64,000 bases of DNA from Candidatus Heimdallarchaeota archaeon (lineage in GTDB: Archaea > Asgardarchaeota > Heimdallarchaeia > Heimdallarchaeales > Heimdallarchaeaceae). The notes below the pieces were generated by a model. It made no database searches. It saw only the letters and a program-made list of their open reading frames with translations, and had not been told where the DNA came from. Each line of letters starts with the position of its first letter. The stretch's first letter is position 1. The stretch spans positions 512,001-576,000 of the forward strand of contig JAUVXV010000001.1 of the NCBI GenBank assembly GCA_030603365.1, read 5' to 3'. The translations under genes were made by a program, and so were the position numbers. Shown piece after piece: positions 9,491-17,646 of this stretch.

Positions 9491-10147
9491 TCATAGATTG
9501 GTTCCACAATGTGGGCATTTTTGTATTTCTGCATTTATTTCCTTAAAACAATTCCAGCAAGCTATTTTGTCCTTTATTTCTTCTTTATAAACTTCTATTA
9601 AATCAATTATTTCTTGCGTAAAATCAGTAACTTCATCATATAATTTTTCATTTCTCCCCAGAGATATTCTTGTTGAAAGAAGGTATAGGAGTAAAACTGA
9701 GCCACCTATTGAAACTAGCACAACCCCCCCAATACGAAGGGCATCTTGGGCTTCTTGTGGAATACTTTCCTTAACTGCAAGCAGTATTATCAGTGGAACA
9801 ATAGAAACAGCTATAATTAGTAAAACTACCCATAAACTATATCTTAATCCAAAAATCTGTTTATTTGACCAATTATATATCCCTCCAAAATAACTTTTTC
9901 TTGGCCTGTAAACGTCAATTTCAAGAAGATTTTCACGTTCAGTGTCAGTGATTTCAACGTTAACCCTTCTTCTTCTAATTTTTGTAAAAAGCTTCAATTC
10001 CTTATCATTTATTTCCTCGATTGTTATTTCTCTTTTTTGTAGTTTTTTTTCTAAATATTTGAAAAGAGATAGTGTTTTCTTTACACTACTGCGAATTTCT
10101 CTTAAGAAAAATCTTCTCTTAATTTGGCTTTTGTCCCAAATTTTCAT
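9491..10147 (-). CDS. Two-TM membrane protein with C-terminal Zn ribbon
   Basis: Two hydrophobic helices (LWVVLLIIAVSIVPLIILLAV; GGVVLVSIGGSVLLLYLLS); CWNC-x10-CPHC at the C-terminus. ATG 10147. Confidence 0.7.
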   Translation of the reverse strand: MKIWDKSQIKRRFFLREIRSSVKKTLSLFKYLEKKLQKREITIEEINDKELKLFTKIRRRRVNVEITDTERENLLEIDVYRPRKSYFGGIYNWSNKQIFGLRYSLWVVLLIIAVSIVPLIILLAVKESIPQEAQDALRIGGVVLVSIGGSVLLLYLLSTRISLGRNEKLYDEVTDFTQEIIDLIEVYKEEIKDKIACWNCFKEINAEIQKCPHCGTNL

Positions 10148-10193
10148 CGACCCCACATAACAGATACAATGTGAATTATAAAGGAATATTCGT

Positions 10194-11270
10194 TTAACTT
10201 AAGAAAGATGGTTTAAGAAACTCACCAATCATTGTTTTTACAAGTTTCATTCTTTTAGCAATTTGAGGAATTTCCTCTCTATTTTTTGTGATACTTACTA
10301 ACATTCCACCTTCAGTTTCTTCTAAAATGACTACACCGTCTCCTGCATCAAGAGTTTTTTCTTCTCCTTGAGCTTCAAGTGTTTGTTTAACAACTTCAGG
10401 ATATTTAGATAATATGCCTAAAACAAATTCTGCATGCTTTTCAGACATACCATAAGTTATTGTTTCAAGTAACCCTTTATCTCCAGTAAAAACAAAACAG
10501 ACTCCTGTTTTTGAGGACAGTCCTTTAACCACTGATGATATGACTCGCTCAATTGCACTCCTTTTTGTTTCCTCTAGAAGCTGTTGAGTTAATTCAACCT
10601 TCTTGTCATTTGCTATGAAAGTAGCATGAGAAATTTTTTTTCTTCCTAAATGTTCTAATAAATCTTCTACTTGACCTGAATCTGTAGTGCTTGATTGTTG
10701 AGTAGGTGTGTGTGATTGTGCTGTTGAAGGTGAGGGTGTTGTAGGTGAATAAGATTCTGTTTGTTGTACTGCTGGTTTTTCTTCTTCAACTTTAGTAGGA
10801 GCTATTGGTTCTGATTCGATAACTTGAGGTTTCTTTGCAGGAAAATAGTCATATTTTATTTGACTTGCTGCTCTTTCAGAAATTAGATTTCCCAATCGTT
10901 TTATTAAAGCAGTTTGTGATCTTGGTTCCATTTTTTCAATTGTGCCATAATCTTTAAGCTGTTCGTTTAAGTTATTTTTAATTATCTGAATTATGCTCAT
11001 TGCCATATTTTCATCAGTATCTGGTAAAAACATGCATGCTAAAACAATATTATAATATAAATGATAATCAACTCTAAAAACCTCATTTATCAAAGAAAGT
11101 GTCTGTGATTTTTTTAATTCCTCTCTAGTTTTAGTACTTGTGTCTATAACCTGAAAAACGGTTGAAAAAGCTGTTTTTGTGTTTATAACTTTGTCAAAAA
11201 CCATATCTTCCTCTAGCGTAAAAAGGCTAAATCCAACAAACTTATTCCATGCTAAATCGAAGTCGCTCAT
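10194..11270 (-). CDS. Putative longin-like N-domain + S/T/P-rich linker + roadblock-like C-domain protein (paralogue C)
   Basis: Linker SYSPTTPSPSTAQSHTPTQQSSTT; C-domain LSKYPEVV, GEEKTLDAG, VILEE, MLVSIT matches paralogues A and B. Confidence 0.55.
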   Translation of the reverse strand: MSDFDLAWNKFVGFSLFTLEEDMVFDKVINTKTAFSTVFQVIDTSTKTREELKKSQTLSLINEVFRVDYHLYYNIVLACMFLPDTDENMAMSIIQIIKNNLNEQLKDYGTIEKMEPRSQTALIKRLGNLISERAASQIKYDYFPAKKPQVIESEPIAPTKVEEEKPAVQQTESYSPTTPSPSTAQSHTPTQQSSTTDSGQVEDLLEHLGRKKISHATFIANDKKVELTQQLLEETKRSAIERVISSVVKGLSSKTGVCFVFTGDKGLLETITYGMSEKHAEFVLGILSKYPEVVKQTLEAQGEEKTLDAGDGVVILEETEGGMLVSITKNREEIPQIAKRMKLVKTMIGEFLKPSFLS

Positions 11271-11395
11271 CTTAAGTTCCTCACAGCTTTGTGTGAGATT
11301 AATTATTAATCAATATTCAGTACTTGACCATCAAACTCTATAAATTGTCTAGTATATGAATTTATTGTGGTCAATTTTAATTTAATTCTTGAATT

Positions 11396-12556
11396 TTATT
11401 TCTTCTTCTTTTTTTCTTGACGTAAGCGTCTTTTCTCCCATTTTTTCCATTTTTTGACATTCTTTGAAGATTCATTCCCGAATACAACTGCAGAATAAGA
11501 TCTCCCTTCAGTTTCCCCTAACTCACGAACCTTAAAACCTTCTTGTTCTACTCTTTTCTTTGTTTCTGAAAGCATTTGTTCTATTATGCTTTGACGACGT
11601 TGAGTTGCATCTGCGTCTAATTCTTCTACTTTTTCTTCCGTAACCACTTCTGGTTGAGGGATAATTTCTTCTGCTACTATTTCTTGTTCAGGAGTTATTT
11701 CTTGTTCAGGAACTGCTTCTGGTTCAGAAATAATCTCATCTATTGCGGATTCGTGAATTATTTGATCAAGATCTACTTTTTCAACAATTGGTTCTCCTGC
11801 TATTTCTGATGTTACCTCTACAATATCCTGTTCAGGTTCTTCTGTTGTCGAAATTATAATTTCTTCTTTGGTAATAGGAACACTAGTAGTTTCCTCTTTA
11901 AATATCAGGTTGTGAATATCTATTGGAATATTTTCAGGCTGGATTAATATCTGTTCATTGATGACTGGTTCTTTAACAATGGGAGAGGATAAATCAACTG
12001 ATTCCAGACTTTTAATATCTTTTTCTGGTAGCTCTTTTATCGTTATTTCTTCAAAATCTGTTGATGTTTCAGGAGTTTCTAAAGCTTCATCAAAATGAGT
12101 TTCTACGGTACTTCTTTTACCTTCAGAGGGAAGAGGTATCTGTTCTTTTTCAATAATTTCTTGAATTTCTGTTTTATCACTAGCATCAATTTCCCCTATA
12201 TCTTCACCTGAAACAGCTTTTGCCAAACCAATTGTAACTTCTTGAAGCTCTTTATCCAGCTGAATTTGCTCATCTGTTGGTTGGATTTCTTTATCAACTT
12301 CAGGTTCTTCTAGAATCTCTTCTTTGATTTCTTCTTCAGGTTCTTCTAGAACCTCTTCTTTGATTTCTTCTTCAGGTGCTGTATCCTTTAATTGCATTTC
12401 AGGTTCGATGCTGTTTTCTAATGTGCTTTCATCAGTAATAACTACCTTTTCAGCATGAACTTGTTCTTTAGCTAGGTCATAGAGAAATTGAGCAAATCTA
12501 ACGATATTCTTATTATCCCAATCTAGCAACTCTTTTGAATCTTCTTCATTATTCAT
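11396..12556 (-). CDS. Highly acidic, largely disordered protein with short helical termini and polybasic C-tail
   Basis: E/I/P-rich low complexity over ~290 aa; internal repeats PEEEIKEE(V/I)LE x2 and PEQEI x2; ends KKWKKWEKRRLRQEKKKKK. Confidence 0.75.
   Translation of the reverse strand: MNNEEDSKELLDWDNKNIVRFAQFLYDLAKEQVHAEKVVITDESTLENSIEPEMQLKDTAPEEEIKEEVLEEPEEEIKEEILEEPEVDKEIQPTDEQIQLDKELQEVTIGLAKAVSGEDIGEIDASDKTEIQEIIEKEQIPLPSEGKRSTVETHFDEALETPETSTDFEEITIKELPEKDIKSLESVDLSSPIVKEPVINEQILIQPENIPIDIHNLIFKEETTSVPITKEEIIISTTEEPEQDIVEVTSEIAGEPIVEKVDLDQIIHESAIDEIISEPEAVPEQEITPEQEIVAEEIIPQPEVVTEEKVEELDADATQRRQSIIEQMLSETKKRVEQEGFKVRELGETEGRSYSAVVFGNESSKNVKKWKKWEKRRLRQEKKKKK
12300..12377. repeat. 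36-bp in-frame tandem repeat (2.2 copies) inside the acidic protein gene
   Basis: TCAGGTTCTTCTAGAA(T/C)CTCTTCTTTGATTTCTTCT at 12300-12335 and 12336-12371, plus TCAGGT; one mismatch. Confidence 0.9.
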
Positions 12557-12768
12557 ACAGCAACCACTTTGAGGGTTGAGCTAAAATCTCAATTCTTACT
12601 ACTTTTCATGTTTTATTAACTTTTCTTAAGTTTCCATTATGTTTGATTTTTATTAGTTTCAGAAACTAAAATTAAACCTAATAAAGATGGAAACAATTAT
12701 CTAAAAAGATAAGAGTTCTGCCTACTGCTAAACTAAAATTTAAGAACTCATTTTGTAATTGTTCTATC

Positions 12769-13815
12769 ATGAGTGATTCACTCAAACCGCTATTAATCCA
12801 ACTAGTAGGCTCCTTTTCATATTATCTTATTGATGAAGCTCGTAGAGAGATAGGGAAAGATGTCTTGGAAGTTCAAATTCAAGATATTGAGTATTATAAA
12901 ACTGGAGGACGGTTTGGTGATGTTTATGTTATAGATGTATTATACTCATCCAAATTCGGGAAACACATAACAAAATTAGCTATTAAATTCATGGAAAGTC
13001 CTACAGAAGTTATTACTGAAATAAAAAATTCCTCATTTCTAGAAAAGAAATTTTCTACTCGTTCTGTTGTAAAAATTCCAAGATATGTTTATGTCAATTT
13101 GAAATCACCAACCTTTATAGCTTATGAAGGAGTAACTGGAATTAATTATGAAGATGCGCTTGATGTCAGAGATAAAAGTTTCTGGGCAGGTTATGTATTA
13201 TCAATAATTCATGAAGGTAAACCTCGTTCTGTGATCACTGATATTTATGAAGAACTCTATAGACGTCTCGTTCTTTCAATATTTGGAGGAGAAAACGTAG
13301 AGCAAGAAATTATGGAAAAATCAAAGGTTCTCATAGAAATGATGTCTGTGTCACAAGGGGGAAGTGATGCTTTTGGCGATTTCCATCAAAGTAATCTCAT
13401 GGTAAGAACTTCTCCTCAAAGCGAAGTATTAGGCATTGCTCTTATAGATCCAACTTTTTGGATGCAAGGTTCTTTTGATCGTTTTGAAGATGTAGGTACT
13501 TTTTTTGGAAGACAAGCTTTCTTAGAATTTAGAGTGAATAAACAGCTTGATACCACAATTGATGACATTCAGAAATTTATTCAAGGTTATAATGTTCATC
13601 TCAGAGAAGTTAATTCTATTCCACTTGAAGACCTATATCCCAAAGGTTATCCACTAGATTTCTTCTTAGCAATATGGGCGTTGATGGATATTCTTGATAA
13701 AACTATGAACCAGAATATCCCCTTAAATCATGTAGATATACTTCTTCTTAAAGAACTGGCTTTTCTATTACTAACAGAACATCCAATTAGTAAAGAAATA
13801 AATAATTTTATATGA
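12769..13815 (+). CDS. Protein-kinase-like (APH/choline-kinase-type) phosphotransferase
   Basis: GGRFGDVY Gly-loop; LAIKF lysine; TEI alphaC glutamate; GDFHQSNLMV catalytic loop; LIDP metal-binding Asp. Confidence 0.7.
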   Translation: MSDSLKPLLIQLVGSFSYYLIDEARREIGKDVLEVQIQDIEYYKTGGRFGDVYVIDVLYSSKFGKHITKLAIKFMESPTEVITEIKNSSFLEKKFSTRSVVKIPRYVYVNLKSPTFIAYEGVTGINYEDALDVRDKSFWAGYVLSIIHEGKPRSVITDIYEELYRRLVLSIFGGENVEQEIMEKSKVLIEMMSVSQGGSDAFGDFHQSNLMVRTSPQSEVLGIALIDPTFWMQGSFDRFEDVGTFFGRQAFLEFRVNKQLDTTIDDIQKFIQGYNVHLREVNSIPLEDLYPKGYPLDFFLAIWALMDILDKTMNQNIPLNHVDILLLKELAFLLLTEHPISKEINNFI

Positions 13816-13863
13816 GCCCGATGCAAGAAATATTTTAAAGAAGGAAATACAAGGTTATTTGAG

Positions 13864-14706
13864 ATGATTAACTCTAATCAAGAGATTTTAGTCTCAGCTT
13901 ACGCATTAGCTAAGATACTAGCATTGGATTCTCTGGATCATTCAAAAGAATCAGCAGGAGTATTATTAGGATATGTAGATGAGAATGGAAAAACGTTAGT
14001 TATTACAGATTTTGATACAGGAAAACAGCAACAAACCTCAACTTATGTTGTACTTGATGATGAAGCGTTAGTACAAATTGTTACAGATTTGCAAAAGCGT
14101 GATAAACGAGAAACAATAGTTGGATGGGTTCATACTCACCCTTCATATGGTTGTTTCCTCTCTGGTACAGACAAGAGCACTCAAAGAGTATATCAGAATC
14201 TTTTTTCACAAGCAGTTGCTTTAGTAATTGATCCTTCAAAATATTACAAATCATCTGATCAAAAAGACTTGGAAATTAAATTCTTTAGGTTGATTAATGA
14301 TTTAGATTACAAAGTTATTCCATTTGGAATATTCTATGATGATGTGACTACTCATCTGGCTAATCTCGTCGAATTTGATATTAAGTGGGAATTACCTACA
14401 TTATCGGCAGAAGAAGTAAAAATACTCCATCAGAAAATACATTCAATAAGCACTTCTTCAATGCTTGAGGGAGATAAACAATTATTGCATGGATTTGTTG
14501 ATGTTTTAAGTACGTCTTCAGAAGATTTTGTTTCAACAGATGAAGGTAAAGAAACATTAGAATCTATAGATATGAAACTAAATCATATCATAAGAGATGT
14601 AAACTATATCTATGGAGAAGAAACATCTAATCTTTATGCCATATTAAATGTCATTGCTGTTATTGTAATTGCAATTTCATGGTTACTAGCAGCTTTCATT
14701 GCTTAA
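13864..14706 (+). CDS. JAB1/MPN+ (JAMM) metallo-isopeptidase, Rpn11/CSN5-like, with C-terminal transmembrane helix
   Basis: KESAGVLLG; VGWVHTHPSYGCFLSGTD (intact H-x-H-x7-S-x2-D); AVALVIDP; terminal LYAILNVIAVIVIAISWLLAAFIA. Confidence 0.9.
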   Translation: MINSNQEILVSAYALAKILALDSLDHSKESAGVLLGYVDENGKTLVITDFDTGKQQQTSTYVVLDDEALVQIVTDLQKRDKRETIVGWVHTHPSYGCFLSGTDKSTQRVYQNLFSQAVALVIDPSKYYKSSDQKDLEIKFFRLINDLDYKVIPFGIFYDDVTTHLANLVEFDIKWELPTLSAEEVKILHQKIHSISTSSMLEGDKQLLHGFVDVLSTSSEDFVSTDEGKETLESIDMKLNHIIRDVNYIYGEETSNLYAILNVIAVIVIAISWLLAAFIA

Positions 14707-14771
14707 TCTTCCTACATCGGAAAAAAACATGTGTAGAAGAGTTTTTTTAATGAAAGTTAAACAATTTCTTA

Positions 14772-15554
14772 ATGCCTCAAATACAAATTATACCAGTACC
14801 TTCAGTTAAAATAATTGAAGTAAAGGATGATTTACTTTCTATCTTATTTGATTCTCTAAGTGAAAACAAAATACATTTAGAAAATGATGATATTTTAGTT
14901 ATTGCCAGTAAAGTAGTGGCAGTTGCAGAAGATAATATAGTCCATTATTCAACCGTAACTCCTTCAATTGAAGCCATAGAATTAGCCAAAGAAGCGCACA
15001 TGGATCCAGAATTTGCACAAGTTATTCTTGATGAATCTAATGGTAAATATACAGGAGCTGTTCCGGGTGCTATTACTACTTTGAATGAATATGGTCTTCT
15101 TGCAAATGCAGGAGCTGATCAATCCAATGCTAGAGATAAGCAGATTATTCTTTTACCCAAGAATAGTAAGAAATCTGCAGAACAAATACACAAACAGATA
15201 CTAGAAAAAATCAACTCCTATGTTGGCATTATAATTGCAGATTCTCGAACAACTCCATTAAGACTAGGCACAGTTGGTTGTGCATTAGCAACTTTTGGAT
15301 TTGAATCTCTCCTTGATGAAAGAGGCAATAATGATTTATTTGGAAGAGAAATGCATATTACAGTACGTGCAATAGCTGATCAATTGGCAACAGCTGCAGA
15401 GATTGTAATGGGAGAAACCGATGAAAGAACTCCTTTTGCTATTATCAGAGGATACCCAATCAAAAGAATAATAGAAAATGAAGAGATTAATCTTAATACA
15501 CAAATTTCTGCAGAAGAATGTATGTTCATTGGTCCAATGTTAAAGAAGAAGTGA
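14772..15554 (+). CDS. cofE: CofE-family gamma-glutamyl ligase (F420-0:glutamate ligase-like; possibly folate glutamyl ligase)
   Basis: DDILVIASKVV, LANAGADQSN, IIIADS, PLRLG, DLFGR, ADQLATAAEIVMGE. Confidence 0.85.
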   Translation: MPQIQIIPVPSVKIIEVKDDLLSILFDSLSENKIHLENDDILVIASKVVAVAEDNIVHYSTVTPSIEAIELAKEAHMDPEFAQVILDESNGKYTGAVPGAITTLNEYGLLANAGADQSNARDKQIILLPKNSKKSAEQIHKQILEKINSYVGIIIADSRTTPLRLGTVGCALATFGFESLLDERGNNDLFGREMHITVRAIADQLATAAEIVMGETDERTPFAIIRGYPIKRIIENEEINLNTQISAEECMFIGPMLKKK

Positions 15555-16426
15555 TGAGGGGATTAAGTGTGATCAGAGGATATTTAGGTTCTTTAGAAGT
15601 TGGAGATGAATTACCAGTAAGGATTGTTGGAGTTGTAAATCTATCACCTGCTTCATTTTTCCAAGGTTCAATTGCAGCTTCAAAATTAGAACTTGAGAAA
15701 AAAGTACTAGCAATGATAGATGAAGGCGTAAATTGTATAGATATAGGAGCCCAATCAACTAGACCGATTCAAATTTATGGAGGCAAAGGTCGAGTTGATC
15801 AAGAAATGGAATTGGAACTGGTAAAAACTGCTTTAGAAATTAGCATGGATATATTAAGTAGTTATGATGAAATTGAAATTTCAGTTGATACTCAAAGAAA
15901 AAACGTTGCTGAATATGCATTGAATAAAGGAATCAAAATAATAAATGATATCTCAGGTTTTAAGAAAGAAATAGAGATGGCAAAGATAATCGCTAATTTT
16001 AGCGCATCTGCTGTAGTTATGGCTGCAAGGAAAGAACCAGGGGATATTTTTACTCTTGAGGATATATCTCTAGAATTAGAAAAAAGTGTAGAAATTGGGT
16101 TAAAGTATGGTATTCAAGAAAATAGAATTATTGTTGACCCAGGTATTGGAAGCTGGGAAGCTAGAGATTATAGACATGATTATACTATCATTAAGAATCT
16201 CGAGAAATTTAGGGATCTCAAAAAACCAATTTATATCGGTATAAGCAGGAAAACATCAATCGGTAAAGCTTTAAATGATGCACCAGCAGATCAAAGATTG
16301 TTCGGTTCGATTGGTGCAACAATAATCTCTTTAGTTAAAGGAGTTCATATTGTTCGAACCCACGATGTTAAACCAACTTTAGATGCCATTCGTGTAGGAG
16401 AAGTAATTTTGAATTATGATGAATAA
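15554..16426 (+). CDS. folP: Dihydropteroate synthase
   Basis: IVGVVNLSPASF, IDIGAQSTRP, ISVDT, IINDISG, VDPGIG, GISRKT, IVRTHDV. ATG 15554 overlaps the cofE stop (TGATG). Confidence 0.93.
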   Translation: MRGLSVIRGYLGSLEVGDELPVRIVGVVNLSPASFFQGSIAASKLELEKKVLAMIDEGVNCIDIGAQSTRPIQIYGGKGRVDQEMELELVKTALEISMDILSSYDEIEISVDTQRKNVAEYALNKGIKIINDISGFKKEIEMAKIIANFSASAVVMAARKEPGDIFTLEDISLELEKSVEIGLKYGIQENRIIVDPGIGSWEARDYRHDYTIIKNLEKFRDLKKPIYIGISRKTSIGKALNDAPADQRLFGSIGATIISLVKGVHIVRTHDVKPTLDAIRVGEVILNYDE

Positions 16427-16431
16427 TTCCA

Positions 16432-17517
16432 TTAGATAGACTTGAAATTCACTCCCTCATCTATTTCAACTACCTTAACTGGTAAATTCAAATTTTGCTT
16501 TAAGACTTTTGCAATTTTTTGAGTATTATCTTTTGTCATAATTACTACACTTCCTCCTAATCCTGCTCCTGTTAATTTACCTCCAAGTGCTCCCAATGAT
16601 AAACTCTGTTCTACAATTTTATCTAAAACAGGTAAAGAAACTCCAACTCCATCTTTAAGTGCAGTATGCTGAGATGTCAATAACTCACCCAGTAATTCAA
16701 TATCTGGAGAAGATTTTTTTAGTTCTATTTCCGCTTGTTCAGTGTTTTCTTTAATTGAAATAACAGCTTTAAGAATTTTAAATTCAGATTGAGTTAATTT
16801 ACTCTTTTTGTTTTCTAGTAGATCGGATGATAAATCGCATAATTCTAATTGAGTTAACGATGCAAACCGATTAACTACTCTCTTGATTGTATCTACTTTA
16901 TCTCCATGTACATTACTAGTAAGTTTAGGAGTTTGACTATCGACAACAATTAGATCTATATCAGGTTGTTTTAGTTGTACTAGTTTTGGTGGTTCAGTAC
17001 ATGATAACCTTATAATTTTCCCATAAGAACAAGCATACTGATCCATTCTTCCACAAGGTATTCCTAGAATATTGTGTTCAGCATCATAAGCAAGTTCAGC
17101 AATCTGATCTTTCTTCAGGTTTAAGTTTGTAATCCCTCCAATGTTCTGGATCCAGCTCACTAGAAGAGCTGCAGAACTAGATAATCCACTAGCTATTGGA
17201 ATCTGGCTTTCAATAAATGCATTAAGCGAAGGTATCTCTATATCTGGTTGAAATCTCTTAAGTGCTAACAATCCTGCTTCTAAGTATGCTTCTAAACTCC
17301 CACTCTTAGTAGTTAAAGAGGATATAGATTTGGAGATGGTTGTTTCTTGATGTAAATCCTTGCTGGTGATGTGAATGGAATCACTATTACTTAATTCAGA
17401 GGAAATTGATAATCTGAGGTTGATTGCAGAAGGAATAACGTTGAGTTGGAGATAATCTTGATGTTCTCCATAAAGACAAACTCTTGCTGGTGATGATGAA
17501 TAAAACATTAGTTTCAT
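16432..17517 (-). CDS. GHMP kinase, galactokinase-like
   Basis: PARVCLYGEHQDY, PIASGLSSSAA, CGRMDQ, GGKLTGAGLGG. Confidence 0.85.
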   Translation of the reverse strand: MKLMFYSSSPARVCLYGEHQDYLQLNVIPSAINLRLSISSELSNSDSIHITSKDLHQETTISKSISSLTTKSGSLEAYLEAGLLALKRFQPDIEIPSLNAFIESQIPIASGLSSSAALLVSWIQNIGGITNLNLKKDQIAELAYDAEHNILGIPCGRMDQYACSYGKIIRLSCTEPPKLVQLKQPDIDLIVVDSQTPKLTSNVHGDKVDTIKRVVNRFASLTQLELCDLSSDLLENKKSKLTQSEFKILKAVISIKENTEQAEIELKKSSPDIELLGELLTSQHTALKDGVGVSLPVLDKIVEQSLSLGALGGKLTGAGLGGSVVIMTKDNTQKIAKVLKQNLNLPVKVVEIDEGVNFKSI

Positions 17518-17646
17518 TAAAATCTTATTTAAACAGCTTAATAATTTTTATCGTCTATTAGAAAGAAACGGCTTTAAATCGCTCTTTCCTTTTTCCGACT
17601 TAACAAAGTATATAAAGAAAATCTGTGAATAAAAACTGGGGATACA

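Noticed and set aside
12300-12377. 36-bp direct repeat as a possible CRISPR repeat
   Set aside because: Copies are adjacent with no spacers, in frame within a coding sequence, and no cas genes are present.
1273-12712. Identical 14-mer ATCTAAAAAGATAA in two divergent promoters (1273-1286 and 12699-12712)
   Set aside because: Very AT-rich. About one such match is expected by chance among the intergenic regions, and I saw no third copy.
14707-14750. Hairpin plus T-tract after the JAMM gene as a terminator
   Set aside because: The stem is imperfect with a large loop, and the T-run could equally be the TATA element of cofE. It cannot be assigned.
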